This document shows, in pieces, positions 19,665 through 28,430 of a stretch of 64,000 bases of DNA. The position numbers and the translations under genes are program-made. The DNA comes from Klebsiella phage vB_KpnM_KB57. The number at the start of each line of letters is the position of its first letter. Positions within the stretch are counted from its first letter, which is position 1. The notes below the pieces were generated by a model, which was not told where the DNA came from, ran no database searches, and saw only the letters and a program-made list of their open reading frames with translations. The stretch lies in the sequence record NC_028659.1. One strand, written 5' to 3'.

Positions 19665-20005
19665 TGGCTAAGGTTCTCAACTTTTACCACATCGGTAAAG
19701 TGATCCCTGAGAATGCTGAATACATGGGGCGAGCCATGCCCCATCTTGGTTTGAAACAATCTAAGTTTGCTAATAAGTTCAAATTGAATAAAGATGGTTC
19801 TAACCGAGCCGAAGTTATTGAGCGCTATCGCGTGTGGTTGTGGCAACAGATCCGTTCTGGGAAAATTACTATTCAAGATCTTCTTGACTTGGATGGTAAA
19901 GACCTTGTATGCTTCTGTAAACAGCCGAACAAAGAGGTGGCATGTCATTGTGATGTGATACTTGCGGCAATCGAATGGGCAAAACAGAGGAGTCAAAATG
20001 TCTAA
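19664..20005 (+). CDS. hypothetical Cys-containing protein (CFCKQP...ACHCDVI)
   Basis: TAATG coupling with previous gene. Confidence 0.4.
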   Translation: MAKVLNFYHIGKVIPENAEYMGRAMPHLGLKQSKFANKFKLNKDGSNRAEVIERYRVWLWQQIRSGKITIQDLLDLDGKDLVCFCKQPNKEVACHCDVILAAIEWAKQRSQNV

Positions 20006-20147
20006 AGAATTTATGGACTGGTTTGATAAAAACGCACCAGTACATCTTTATCCAGATGCAGAGGAGCGTGAAATCCTCCAGTTAATGTGTTGGTTGGCAT
20101 GGAGAGATGGGATCAGGTCTGTCTTACCAGTTGTAATGGAGGGTTAA
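19998..20147 (+). CDS. hypothetical small protein
   Basis: SD CAGAGGAGTCAAAATG. Confidence 0.3.
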   Translation: MSKEFMDWFDKNAPVHLYPDAEEREILQLMCWLAWRDGIRSVLPVVMEG

Positions 20148-20149
20148 AA

Positions 20150-20386
20150 ATGGCTATTCATGCAAAAAGTAATGGTCTACTGATCGGAGGTAAGATCATC
20201 GAGGAGACACTGACAGGCTGGGTTTTCCAGGCAATGGATAACAAAGGTACTAATTTTGTGTTCAAGTCAGATGAGAAGAACCAAGTTTTTGACGGACCGA
20301 ATGCTGTTGACGAAGCAATGGCTTGGCAAACTAAAGTTCGGTCAGAAATGAAAAATAAAAAGAAAAAGGGGCGCAAAAATGGCTAA
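20150..20386 (+). CDS. hypothetical small basic-tailed protein
   Basis: SD GGAGGGTTAAAAATG. Confidence 0.35.
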   Translation: MAIHAKSNGLLIGGKIIEETLTGWVFQAMDNKGTNFVFKSDEKNQVFDGPNAVDEAMAWQTKVRSEMKNKKKKGRKNG

Positions 20387-20636
20387 AGATACATGGGAAG
20401 TATTTCATGATGACGATGAAATAAAGGTCATTGTCTCAGGCTCTCTTGAGGTAGGTTCCGGGTGGCGATCTTACAGCGACGTGTGTTCAGAGATTAATAG
20501 TATTGAAGATGCAAAACTTATCGCAGCAGCACCGGAATTGCTTGACGCGGTTCTGGATCTGAAGTATAAGTTATACGGTAACGGCGCAGCGAATCCTAAA
20601 ATCGAAGCGCTTCTTAAACGATTAACAGGAGAATAA
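20379..20636 (+). CDS. hypothetical protein
   Basis: 85-aa ORF. Confidence 0.4.
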   Translation: MAKDTWEVFHDDDEIKVIVSGSLEVGSGWRSYSDVCSEINSIEDAKLIAAAPELLDAVLDLKYKLYGNGAANPKIEALLKRLTGE

Positions 20637-20638
20637 CC

Positions 20639-21361
20639 ATGAATACAAATCTGTACATTAAGACAGCGTGGACCGACTTTTATGGCTGGTCAAAACTTGA
20701 ATACCTTTGGCTCCTCATCTGCTCGGCATCGATCGCCATTGTCTCCTTGACTATGGGCGGTGGGTTAGTAGAGTTCATCTCTTCTGTCACCGGGATCATC
20801 GGGGCTATCCTAGTGGCAAAAGGTAAGCTCTCCAGTTATTACTGGGGCTTTGTGGCAACGGTGCTGTATGCATATATCTCCTTCACGTACAAGTTGTACG
20901 GTGAGACGATTATGTACACCCTGTTGTTCACCCCCATGCAGGTCATTGGTGGGGTAATCTGGGCGCGTAAGTTAACCGTCTCTGCGGATGGTGAACGTGC
21001 GGATGTCATCAAGAAGTATCTGACCACAAAACAGCGCTGGATTGTTGGTATCGGGACATTGGTGACGATCGGATTATACGCCGAGTTCGTTAGCCTGCTG
21101 AAAGGGAGTATGCCGGGTCTAGATTCTGCTACAGCAATCCTGTCGGTTCTGGCAACCTACCTGATGATGGTTCGTTATGCAGAACAATGGTATGTCTGGA
21201 TTATTGTTAACGTGGTTGCTGTGGCTCTGTGGATTCAGACAGCAATGCATCATGAAACACAAGGATGGGCAGTCCTTGCAATGTGGGTGACTTTCCTGTT
21301 AAACTCTGTGTACGGTGCTTACAAATGGCGTAAAACAGAAAAGGAAACTACACATGCGTGA
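20639..21361 (+). CDS. pnuC: PnuC-type nicotinamide riboside transporter
   Basis: 240 aa polytopic membrane protein with PnuC-like segments (WGF...YAYISF, WYVWIIVNVVAVALWIQ). Confidence 0.75.
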   Translation: MNTNLYIKTAWTDFYGWSKLEYLWLLICSASIAIVSLTMGGGLVEFISSVTGIIGAILVAKGKLSSYYWGFVATVLYAYISFTYKLYGETIMYTLLFTPMQVIGGVIWARKLTVSADGERADVIKKYLTTKQRWIVGIGTLVTIGLYAEFVSLLKGSMPGLDSATAILSVLATYLMMVRYAEQWYVWIIVNVVAVALWIQTAMHHETQGWAVLAMWVTFLLNSVYGAYKWRKTEKETTHA

Positions 21362-21572
21362 TTTAATCATCCCCGCAGCCATCAGTGTCTCAGTGTTCTT
21401 TATTGTACTTGGAATTTCTATCGCACTTGGGTATTATCTGGCTATCAGTGCTGGTCAGGTGTTCGGAACGCTGGGTTTCGGTGAGTACACTGAAACATCT
21501 GTTGCAGTCGGTAGTGCTTCTGGATTACTTCTTGGTATGGCCTCTTTTGGCATAAGTTCAGGTGCAGTATGA
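21354..21572 (+). CDS. small membrane protein
   Basis: ATG 21354 overlapping pnuC end; hydrophobic. Confidence 0.35.
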   Translation: MRDLIIPAAISVSVFFIVLGISIALGYYLAISAGQVFGTLGFGEYTETSVAVGSASGLLLGMASFGISSGAV

Positions 21573-21751
21573 AAACTCGGGTAATTATGTTCTTGGCAGT
21601 ATTTTTTGGAGTCATTATGTGCTCCATAACAGTAGCTCTGTGCGGCGGAGCTAAATTCGGAACTATGGAATTTGGGTGGATCTTAGGTACAGGGATGACG
21701 GTAGGGGCAGTTGGTGGATTATTGGCAGCAGGGTTGCCAGACTATAAGTAA
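21569..21751 (+). CDS. small membrane protein
   Basis: 60 aa, two hydrophobic helices. Confidence 0.35.
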   Translation: MKTRVIMFLAVFFGVIMCSITVALCGGAKFGTMEFGWILGTGMTVGAVGGLLAAGLPDYK

Positions 21752-21759
21752 GGTGAAAA

Positions 21760-22329
21760 GTGAAAAGAACAAAGCATATCAATAAGAATGCTTTCCGCAA
21801 GGTGGGGCGTTATGCCCTGCCATTCGCGGTGGCAATCACAGTTGCAGGTTGTGAGCAAGCAGACATTGACATGAAGATGTACAAAAATGTTGATGAGTGT
21901 ATTGCAGATACTCACAAACCGGATCAGTGTCGGGCAGCAAGACAAGAAGCAGAAAAGGTCGCAAATGAAACTGCACCACGCTATGCTACTTATTCTGACT
22001 GCTACGCGGAGTTCGGTGACCAGTGCAGACACAACCCAAGCAGTTCAGATGGTGGCTCTTCGTGGATGCCGTTGATGATGGGGTACATGATGGGTAACAG
22101 CATGAATTCCGGCTATCATTCAGCACCATTGTATCAGAATCGCTCAGGTCAGTATATGGACAATAAATTCCGTAACTACAATACACGTCCTGGTCAAACG
22201 TTCAAGGTGACAAGCTCTGCGGCAAAGCCAACAGTACAGTCTCCCCGTACAACAGTTTCTCGCAGCACCACATCTTCTCGTGGTGGTTTTGGAAGCTCTG
22301 TGAGCAGTCGTTCATCTTTTGGAGGGTAG
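21760..22329 (+). CDS. lipoprotein homologous to E. coli YgiB (DUF1190)
   Basis: MKRTKHINKNAFRK..., lipobox VAGC, conserved NADDC/ECxxA...APKYAT..DCxAEFG, SWMPLMxGYMMG, C-terminal RGGFG...S.S..GG, all shared with YgiB as recalled. Confidence 0.6.
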   Translation: MKRTKHINKNAFRKVGRYALPFAVAITVAGCEQADIDMKMYKNVDECIADTHKPDQCRAARQEAEKVANETAPRYATYSDCYAEFGDQCRHNPSSSDGGSSWMPLMMGYMMGNSMNSGYHSAPLYQNRSGQYMDNKFRNYNTRPGQTFKVTSSAAKPTVQSPRTTVSRSTTSSRGGFGSSVSSRSSFGG

Positions 22330-22332
22330 TCG

Positions 22333-22701
22333 ATGATTGGATTCTGGGAATGGTTTACAATGAATCACAATTGGGTATCTAGCCTGATCCCGCTTGCTAT
22401 GTTTTCCTTCATAGGGTGGTCATTGTCGGGAGGGCTTACTTGGAAGGGAAAAGTGGCCTCCTATGTGTTTTCAGCCGTAATGTTTGGGGTAATGTTCTGG
22501 GCAGTGACTTACTTAGGTGGTTATGGAATGTACCAGCGCCATTATACTACTTGCGCAAAGCCAGAGGCTGTGGCATCATTCTATGTGTTTGATGCAAAGA
22601 AAGAGCGCTGTTATAAACCTGTTGTTGGATTTGCACCTGTTGATGATAATCAGGTAAAGACTCTGACACCGAAACAAATGGAGACTGGAGAATGGCTTTA
22701 A
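22333..22701 (+). CDS. membrane protein
   Basis: 122 aa, 2-3 TM segments. Confidence 0.4.
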   Translation: MIGFWEWFTMNHNWVSSLIPLAMFSFIGWSLSGGLTWKGKVASYVFSAVMFGVMFWAVTYLGGYGMYQRHYTTCAKPEAVASFYVFDAKKERCYKPVVGFAPVDDNQVKTLTPKQMETGEWL

Positions 22702-22976
22702 CTCGTGAAGAACGCACAGGTGCCAAGTTTGTCGAGATGTATGAGGCAAGCTTAGGGGACAATCCTAATCTGGAAGAACAGTTAGTTCTCTCATATTTCA
22801 AGAAAAATGTAGATGATCTGCCCGTGGACCAGTCTGATCCAACAAGTTTCCACAAAGCATTCCGGCAGGTTGACATCTGCCGTAAAGGTTATCAAGACAT
22901 GGTGATTTGGTCTCTGATGTCTGGTGGGGAATTAAATACAATCTGGAAAGTTTTGGAGGAATTTTATGCTAATTGA
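22692..22976 (+). CDS. hypothetical protein
   Basis: 94-aa ORF. Confidence 0.35.
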   Translation: MALTREERTGAKFVEMYEASLGDNPNLEEQLVLSYFKKNVDDLPVDQSDPTSFHKAFRQVDICRKGYQDMVIWSLMSGGELNTIWKVLEEFYAN

Positions 22977-23277
22977 TGAACTTGGTGTTAGTGGCCTTGT
23001 CCCAGATGCTTGGGCAGAGGCATATGGTAAGCCACAAGCTGATCCTCATTCTGTTTTCGCAGAGCTGCTTGGTGTAACACGACAACAAGCGAAGGTAATC
23101 AATTATGAGTATATGTACTCTGAAGAGGCCAAGCATGTTCGGGCGATCAAACTGTGTCATCTGGCGGGAAAAGAAACTCGGTATGTTTACCGGAAGTTTG
23201 CTAACCTTTTAGCAGCTAACGGGGGTCTTGTTCCTCCACTGAGAGAGGTTCTTGAAGAGGTAGATCGGGATGAATAA
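22966..23277 (+). CDS. hypothetical protein
   Basis: 103-aa ORF. Confidence 0.35.
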   Translation: MLIDELGVSGLVPDAWAEAYGKPQADPHSVFAELLGVTRQQAKVINYEYMYSEEAKHVRAIKLCHLAGKETRYVYRKFANLLAANGGLVPPLREVLEEVDRDE

Positions 23278-23674
23278 AATCCGAAAATTTTTCAAATGGT
23301 TATTGGGGTTATTCAGTACAACAACGGTCGTATCTATAGGGAAGGGAAACAGCACTTTTGTTAGCCAAACAACCAAGGTGACCACAATATCTTCTGAAGC
23401 GCTTAATGAGACGCTCAACGAGGCCCTTCGTCAAGCAAGACAAAACAATGAGCGGAGATTGAAAATGTCCCCACCAACGCCACCTTCACCTCCTAAAAGG
23501 CGTGTGGTCGTGGAGGATGGCGGTTATCGCCGGAGAAATGATGATGCGGCGATCATCAATACAACCACGATTAGTGATACGTATACTCATCATACGCCAA
23601 GTCACTCGTCAAGTAGTCATGACTCGTATTCCTCCTGTGATTCGAGTTCATCATTTTCAGGCAGTTGTGATTAA
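23270..23674 (+). CDS. hypothetical protein with N-terminal TM and Ser/Pro-rich tail
   Basis: 134-aa ORF. Confidence 0.35.
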   Translation: MNKIRKFFKWLLGLFSTTTVVSIGKGNSTFVSQTTKVTTISSEALNETLNEALRQARQNNERRLKMSPPTPPSPPKRRVVVEDGGYRRRNDDAAIINTTTISDTYTHHTPSHSSSSHDSYSSCDSSSSFSGSCD

Positions 23675-23683
23675 GGAGATAAA

Positions 23684-23902
23684 ATGAAAATTGGTTTCTT
23701 AGGTCTTTTGGCGTTGGTATTTATCACGCTTAAACTGTGCGGCGTGATCGCCTGGTCGTGGTGGCTTGTTTTACTACCGCTCTACTTCGGTGTTGCCGTT
23801 CTTCTTTTCTTCTTCCTGATGGCGATTATCGGGTGGCTGGGACTGGCAAGTGTAGGCCGTGTAGCTGAAATGATGTCAAATTCAAAAAAGAAAAGAAAGT
23901 AA
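23684..23902 (+). CDS. small membrane protein
   Basis: SD TAAGGAGATAAAATG; two TM. Confidence 0.35.
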   Translation: MKIGFLGLLALVFITLKLCGVIAWSWWLVLLPLYFGVAVLLFFFLMAIIGWLGLASVGRVAEMMSNSKKKRK

Positions 23903-23931
23903 TTGACATAACAAGTGTAAAGGGGTAAGAT
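23903..23931 (+). promoter_or_regulatory. sigma70-like promoter TTGACA-17-TAAGAT
   Basis: read directly upstream of 23956 ORF/ssb. Confidence 0.45.
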
Positions 23932-23955
23932 ACCCCTTCACTAATAAATGGAGGA

Positions 23956-24177
23956 TTGATGACTGAAGAAGTAACCCATACCAACGAAGCACGATTCTTG
24001 GGACTAGACCCCAATCAGTTCGGAACTGTGATTTTCCTCTCAAGTGCCAGCGTTCAGATGGCTGACCATATAAATTCTGAACCCGTCAGAAAAGAAATGG
24101 AACGTTTGATCAGTGAAGGCAAACACGAAACTATCGAAACGGCGTTGGCTGGATTCGTGGTCAGCGTAATGCTGTGA
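23956..24177 (+). CDS. hypothetical protein
   Basis: downstream of sigma70-like promoter, SD AATGGAGGATTGATG. Confidence 0.35.
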   Translation: MMTEEVTHTNEARFLGLDPNQFGTVIFLSSASVQMADHINSEPVRKEMERLISEGKHETIETALAGFVVSVML

Positions 24178-24309
24178 TGCAACTGAGTGGAGCTTCAACC
24201 TTCGCGCAAAACCTTTTGGCGCAAGTTGAAGATATGTTGGTTGATCAACTTCTTGCTGTACCAGTTACACAAGTCGTTGAAGAAAAATCTGAGTAATAAA
24301 GGAGAGAAG

Positions 24310-25530
24310 ATGAGCGTAGTAAACGAATACAAAGACCCAATGTCCGGCAAAGTAAACCACTTCGCAAAGGGCAGCATCAAATTTGTCAGCATCAAGCCCG
24401 TAAAAGATGGCCCGAATGTTGTCAACGGTGTTAAGACCACCTACATCAAGGTTCCAGGTCAGCCTGACAAGAAGATCGAAGCAACCCACGTCATCAGCTT
24501 CCTGATGCAAGATGTTGACGACAATAACAATGTTATCGATCCGCAGAGTACAGGCCAGTGGATCAGCATGGGAGAGAAGAAGCTTCATGCTAGCCATACT
24601 GACAAGGTGCAGGTGAAAATGGACAGCGGGTACAAAGATATCTTAGCAGGTATGGTTGTGTCCTTCCCTCTGAAAGTGTCTAAGAGTGGTGAAAACACCT
24701 ACTACAACGGTACTCTGAGCGGTAAAGTGTTCAACATTTTGGATGAAAGCAAAGCGGGACAACCTGCCCCTCGTCAACAGCAATCTTCTGCCCCAGCAGC
24801 ACAGTCAGGCGGTGGTGTTAAGATCTACGGTGAGATTACCGAAATCGTAGGTAATCTGGCGACTGTTAATGACGAGAAGAACGGCCCCGGCGGTGTAGTT
24901 CTTTCCGATGAACAATTGGCACAGGTATCTGTTGGTGGACGAATGACTGCCTTTGTGGATATGTCTAACGGTAACATCCTGAATGGATTCAAAGCTTACG
25001 GCCCCGCAGGTCAGAACAACGGCGGTTCTGGTGCCAAAGGCAAACGTAGCAATTACGATCCTGTTGGTGTATCTGCTGGTCATGCCATGAATGCTCTGGT
25101 AAACCTGAAGCTGTCAGGCTTTAAGGGCGATGTGGAAGCGGCAGGCAAGATAGTGCATGATGTTACCACCAAACTGATCAAGGAACTTTCAGAAGCTGAA
25201 GGTAAAGATGTTGGTCAGACCGTGGGTAACGCTGTCAAATATGCGGTGACGAACATTGCTGTCAAAGGAAAGACCATCGATGCAGACGAGCTTGAGAAGG
25301 CCACACGCGAAGCGTATGCGCTTGCAGCGACGTTCTACAGCTATGCCAGTGCAACGGCACAGGAAGAGTCGCAGAAGCCGTCACAGCCCATTCAGGAGCG
25401 TTTAACGACACCTCCTGCTCAAGAGGCTCCGGCTATGGATTTTGATGAACCTCCGATGGACTTCGATGATGATATCCCCTTTGCTCCAATCGGACTGCCG
25501 TATGGTCGTAACTTCATCCACTGCATCTAA
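24310..25530 (+). CDS. ssb: single-stranded DNA-binding protein with host-type acidic C-terminal tail
   Basis: C-terminus ...MDFDEPPMDFDDDIPF identical in style to E. coli SSB DDDIPF; SD TAAAGGAGAGAAGATG at 24310; optimised codons. Confidence 0.6.
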   Translation: MSVVNEYKDPMSGKVNHFAKGSIKFVSIKPVKDGPNVVNGVKTTYIKVPGQPDKKIEATHVISFLMQDVDDNNNVIDPQSTGQWISMGEKKLHASHTDKVQVKMDSGYKDILAGMVVSFPLKVSKSGENTYYNGTLSGKVFNILDESKAGQPAPRQQQSSAPAAQSGGGVKIYGEITEIVGNLATVNDEKNGPGGVVLSDEQLAQVSVGGRMTAFVDMSNGNILNGFKAYGPAGQNNGGSGAKGKRSNYDPVGVSAGHAMNALVNLKLSGFKGDVEAAGKIVHDVTTKLIKELSEAEGKDVGQTVGNAVKYAVTNIAVKGKTIDADELEKATREAYALAATFYSYASATAQEESQKPSQPIQERLTTPPAQEAPAMDFDEPPMDFDDDIPFAPIGLPYGRNFIHCI

Positions 25531-25540
25531 GATGTGATTT

Positions 25541-25575
25541 AAAAAGAAAAGGCTCCCAAAAGGGAGCCTTTTTTA
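25541..25575. terminator. bidirectional terminator at the early(+)/late(-) convergence point
   Basis: A-run, GGCTCCC-AAAA-GGGAGCC, T-run. Confidence 0.7.
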
Positions 25576-27336
25576 TTACGGTCTTTGATAGACAGCTACA
25601 TCATATACAGTCCCTCTTCCACAATAGGTTACTTGTAGAATTGTAACTGAATTTGCAGTAGTGCTGATCGCACCACCATTTATGATTTTATAAGATGCAT
25701 CAAGGGTGACGGCGTGTCCGCCAGTTGCATCTTGGAACAGATAGATCGTGGCAGTAAAAGCACTACCAAGATTTGCCCAAGGCCCGATAGTTAAAGTATT
25801 TGTCACATCTACGTTGTAGATGTTATTCATCTTCGTCAGATCAGAACCTGTCCCTCCTGGTGTCCAAGTTGTCCCTACGGAAGGTGTGGTAACAGAACCG
25901 GGGGTTGTTCCTACGAAATTCGCAGTGACCTTCGGAGCCGTCGCTTCACCTGTAATAACGAGGGAGGCACCTTTTAGAGATCCGTATGCCTCTATTGTGG
26001 TGGTTGCCAGAACGGAGTTAGGGTTAATGTCCTTCCCGTTGACATCAATGGAGACACCTGTCAGAGTCCCAAGTACGTTAAGGTTGTTTACGGTTGTTGT
26101 GCCTGTCCCACCATTATTCAGGTTAGCGTTTCCAGTAACTGTAAGGTTGGTGCTTACCGTAGCTTCCCCAGTAACTGCAAGCAGGCCTGTGATGGATAGA
26201 TTTCCTGCAACAGAGCTAGCACTACCGGCTGTAAATCCTCCAGTTAATGTGCTGTTTCCATCGACTGTTAATGAGCTTACTACACCCAGATCCTGAATAG
26301 TGGTACTTCCGAGAGTTGTTATACCATTCACAGTCAGATCAGAACCTATCTCGGCTGTTGTCGTTGTGATAATGGAGTTGGGGAGAATGTCTAAACCATC
26401 AACCCCCACATTGACACCGGACAATGAACCAGTTACTCTTACGTTTTCAAGTTCTGTCGTTCCGGTTACCTTAAGTCTTGGTTCCGTAGAGGCCTTGGAA
26501 GAGTTCCCTCGGATATACACATAGTCGAAGGTGTTATTACCGACACCAGTTAATGACATTGTGGTGTTATCTGCACTAGCTGTCCCATTCACAATAACTG
26601 CGGAAGTCAGATTATTGGTTTGAACAGAGTTAGGAGATATGATAGTCTTCAGATAGTTAGAGGCAGCGGTGTAGTCAAAAGAAAGAGTGGCAGTTTGTCC
26701 AGATAACGAAATTTTCTGGAATTTACCAAGCACACCAGAGGCATCAAGCGTCCCACCAAATTGGGATGTCCCAGAAACAACCAATGTGTTAAGGGTTGAA
26801 GCACCAACCACCGTAAGAGCAGCATAACTTGGAGAAGACCCAGCAAGAGAATTGATCGCTGCTGCGACAGCCAAGTTGACAAATGCAGTTGTCGCTATTG
26901 CACCACTATTACTTCCCTGAGCAGGGGTAGGCGCTGTCGGAGAACCGACAAATGCGGGTGTGTTAAGAGGTGCAAATTTTTCAGAAACTACAACGGAGTC
27001 ATTGTAAACTTTCCAAGCGGTACTTGTGGACGGATCGGCAGGTAAAGTGATAGGTGTAGATGGTGACGCTCCTGGGGCATACCACCAGAAAGTCCCTGCT
27101 GAATTGGTGAAGGAATACAGTTGATTAAAAACTGTCGCCTGTGTACCAGCCACCCAAGGTTGTGGTGGTGTTTTAAAATACACATTGTCAAGAAGCGCTT
27201 TACGTAATGTTGGAATCGTGCTACCATCTTCTACAATAACAGTGTCGATCGCCGATCCGTTGACCACCTTATGGAGACGCTCAGAATCCTCGATAACCTG
27301 ATCCACAGCCTGTTCAAATTGTGTTGTATCAGCCAT
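25576..27336 (-). CDS. tail fibre protein (distal/adhesin-type, T/S/G/N-rich)
   Basis: 586 aa, repetitive beta-rich low-complexity composition, first gene of convergent late block. Confidence 0.5.
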   Translation of the reverse strand: MADTTQFEQAVDQVIEDSERLHKVVNGSAIDTVIVEDGSTIPTLRKALLDNVYFKTPPQPWVAGTQATVFNQLYSFTNSAGTFWWYAPGASPSTPITLPADPSTSTAWKVYNDSVVVSEKFAPLNTPAFVGSPTAPTPAQGSNSGAIATTAFVNLAVAAAINSLAGSSPSYAALTVVGASTLNTLVVSGTSQFGGTLDASGVLGKFQKISLSGQTATLSFDYTAASNYLKTIISPNSVQTNNLTSAVIVNGTASADNTTMSLTGVGNNTFDYVYIRGNSSKASTEPRLKVTGTTELENVRVTGSLSGVNVGVDGLDILPNSIITTTTAEIGSDLTVNGITTLGSTTIQDLGVVSSLTVDGNSTLTGGFTAGSASSVAGNLSITGLLAVTGEATVSTNLTVTGNANLNNGGTGTTTVNNLNVLGTLTGVSIDVNGKDINPNSVLATTTIEAYGSLKGASLVITGEATAPKVTANFVGTTPGSVTTPSVGTTWTPGGTGSDLTKMNNIYNVDVTNTLTIGPWANLGSAFTATIYLFQDATGGHAVTLDASYKIINGGAISTTANSVTILQVTYCGRGTVYDVAVYQRP

Positions 27337-27347
27337 TTAAGGTCTCC

Positions 27348-27668
27348 TTATTTAATTTCTTGTTTATCTTCATCTTCCGCTGCCTTTATAGCTAAACCCC
27401 AGCGAAGTGAGATTAGCTTGCTTATAAGTTGTGGAGCTGCTACAGTAGGTGCATATACCCACATGTACCATTCTGTAAGGGTTCCTTTAAATCCCCAGTA
27501 CAGGAAAACAGCCGTCATGGATGCCAGACCTATATTGCTCCAAAACTTGGTATGTGAGGCCTTATCAGGATCTATAGGGGACCTGACTAAGTCCTTTAGG
27601 AACTTCATTATTCGAGTTGGCATTTTACCTCGGGGATCAATGAGTGAAGAATGGTAATGCCCTGGCAA
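27348..27668 (-). CDS. holin-like small protein with two TM segments (start may be internal Met)
   Basis: hydrophobic IGLASMTAVFLYWGF and WYMWVYAPTVAAPQLISKLISL, charged C-terminus EDEDKQEIK. Confidence 0.3.
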   Translation of the reverse strand: MPGHYHSSLIDPRGKMPTRIMKFLKDLVRSPIDPDKASHTKFWSNIGLASMTAVFLYWGFKGTLTEWYMWVYAPTVAAPQLISKLISLRWGLAIKAAEDEDKQEIK

Positions 27669-28110
27669 TCACCAACAGGCTTATGACAGTTGCAGTTTTT
27701 ATCCATTCCTTTATCGTCGTGTCTTTAAAATTTGCACAAAATATGATAATTTCCATCCAAGTTTGGTAGGAAGAATTTATTACAAAATCAAAGAGTCCGG
27801 GGATTATTAACGGAAACTGCATGGATATTATCTGGCAGAAGAGAATTGGCACTGCTACAGAGAGTGTTAGCTTTTTCTTCCATCCCGATAATATACACGC
27901 AGCACCAAAGATAAAAGAGATATCTAGGAACCAACAAAGATTAAGGTAAAGAGATAGATCGAAAAACTGGGTGTTTGAAGAAAACCACCATAGGAGGGTA
28001 TTCTCAAGAAAGATATGGACCATGCCAAAAACAGACATGATCCTTATACCTTTGTCAGAATGAAACAACAAAATAATAAAGCACAGAAAATAGAATACTG
28101 AGCTTATCAT
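27637..28110 (-). CDS. AT-rich polytopic membrane protein (moron-like)
   Basis: 157 aa, 4-5 TM, GC visibly much lower than flanking fibre genes. Confidence 0.4.
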   Translation of the reverse strand: MISSVFYFLCFIILLFHSDKGIRIMSVFGMVHIFLENTLLWWFSSNTQFFDLSLYLNLCWFLDISFIFGAACILSGWKKKLTLSVAVPILFCQIISMQFPLIIPGLFDFVINSSYQTWMEIIIFCANFKDTTIKEWIKTATVISLLVIARALPFFTH

Positions 28111-28421
28111 TTTGCGGATCTCTCCATTAACATTTGGAATTGTTTGGTGAGGTCTGTTCTTAAATCACCAACATCTTCCTTTATGTCTTTTCTGAGTTCT
28201 GAAACATCATCCCTAATCGCTTTTAACTTTTTATCCAAGATATCATCGAGCTTTTCTTTCGTGACCATTTCGGCCCGTATACGGATGATATCTTTGTCAA
28301 GCTCATCAAGGCGTTCTTGGGTCTTCTTGTAATCAGAGTATGTTACCCTTAGCACTCCAATTAGAACAAAGGTAACGACCCCCCAGACCGCCTTCAGGAT
28401 AGCAAAGAGGTCGATAGACAT
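28107..28421 (-). CDS. membrane-anchored coiled-coil protein
   Basis: N-terminal TM LFAILKAVWGVVTFVLIGVL then heptad-rich ELDKDIIRIRAEMVTKEKLDDILDKKLKAIRDDVSELRKDIKEDV. Confidence 0.35.
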   Translation of the reverse strand: MSIDLFAILKAVWGVVTFVLIGVLRVTYSDYKKTQERLDELDKDIIRIRAEMVTKEKLDDILDKKLKAIRDDVSELRKDIKEDVGDLRTDLTKQFQMLMERSAK

Positions 28422-28430
28422 AGTGCCTCC

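Noticed and set aside
25820-26524. + strand ORFs 25820-26296 and 26300-26524 inside tail fibre gene
   Set aside because: Proline/Val-rich antisense translation of a repetitive fibre gene. No SD.
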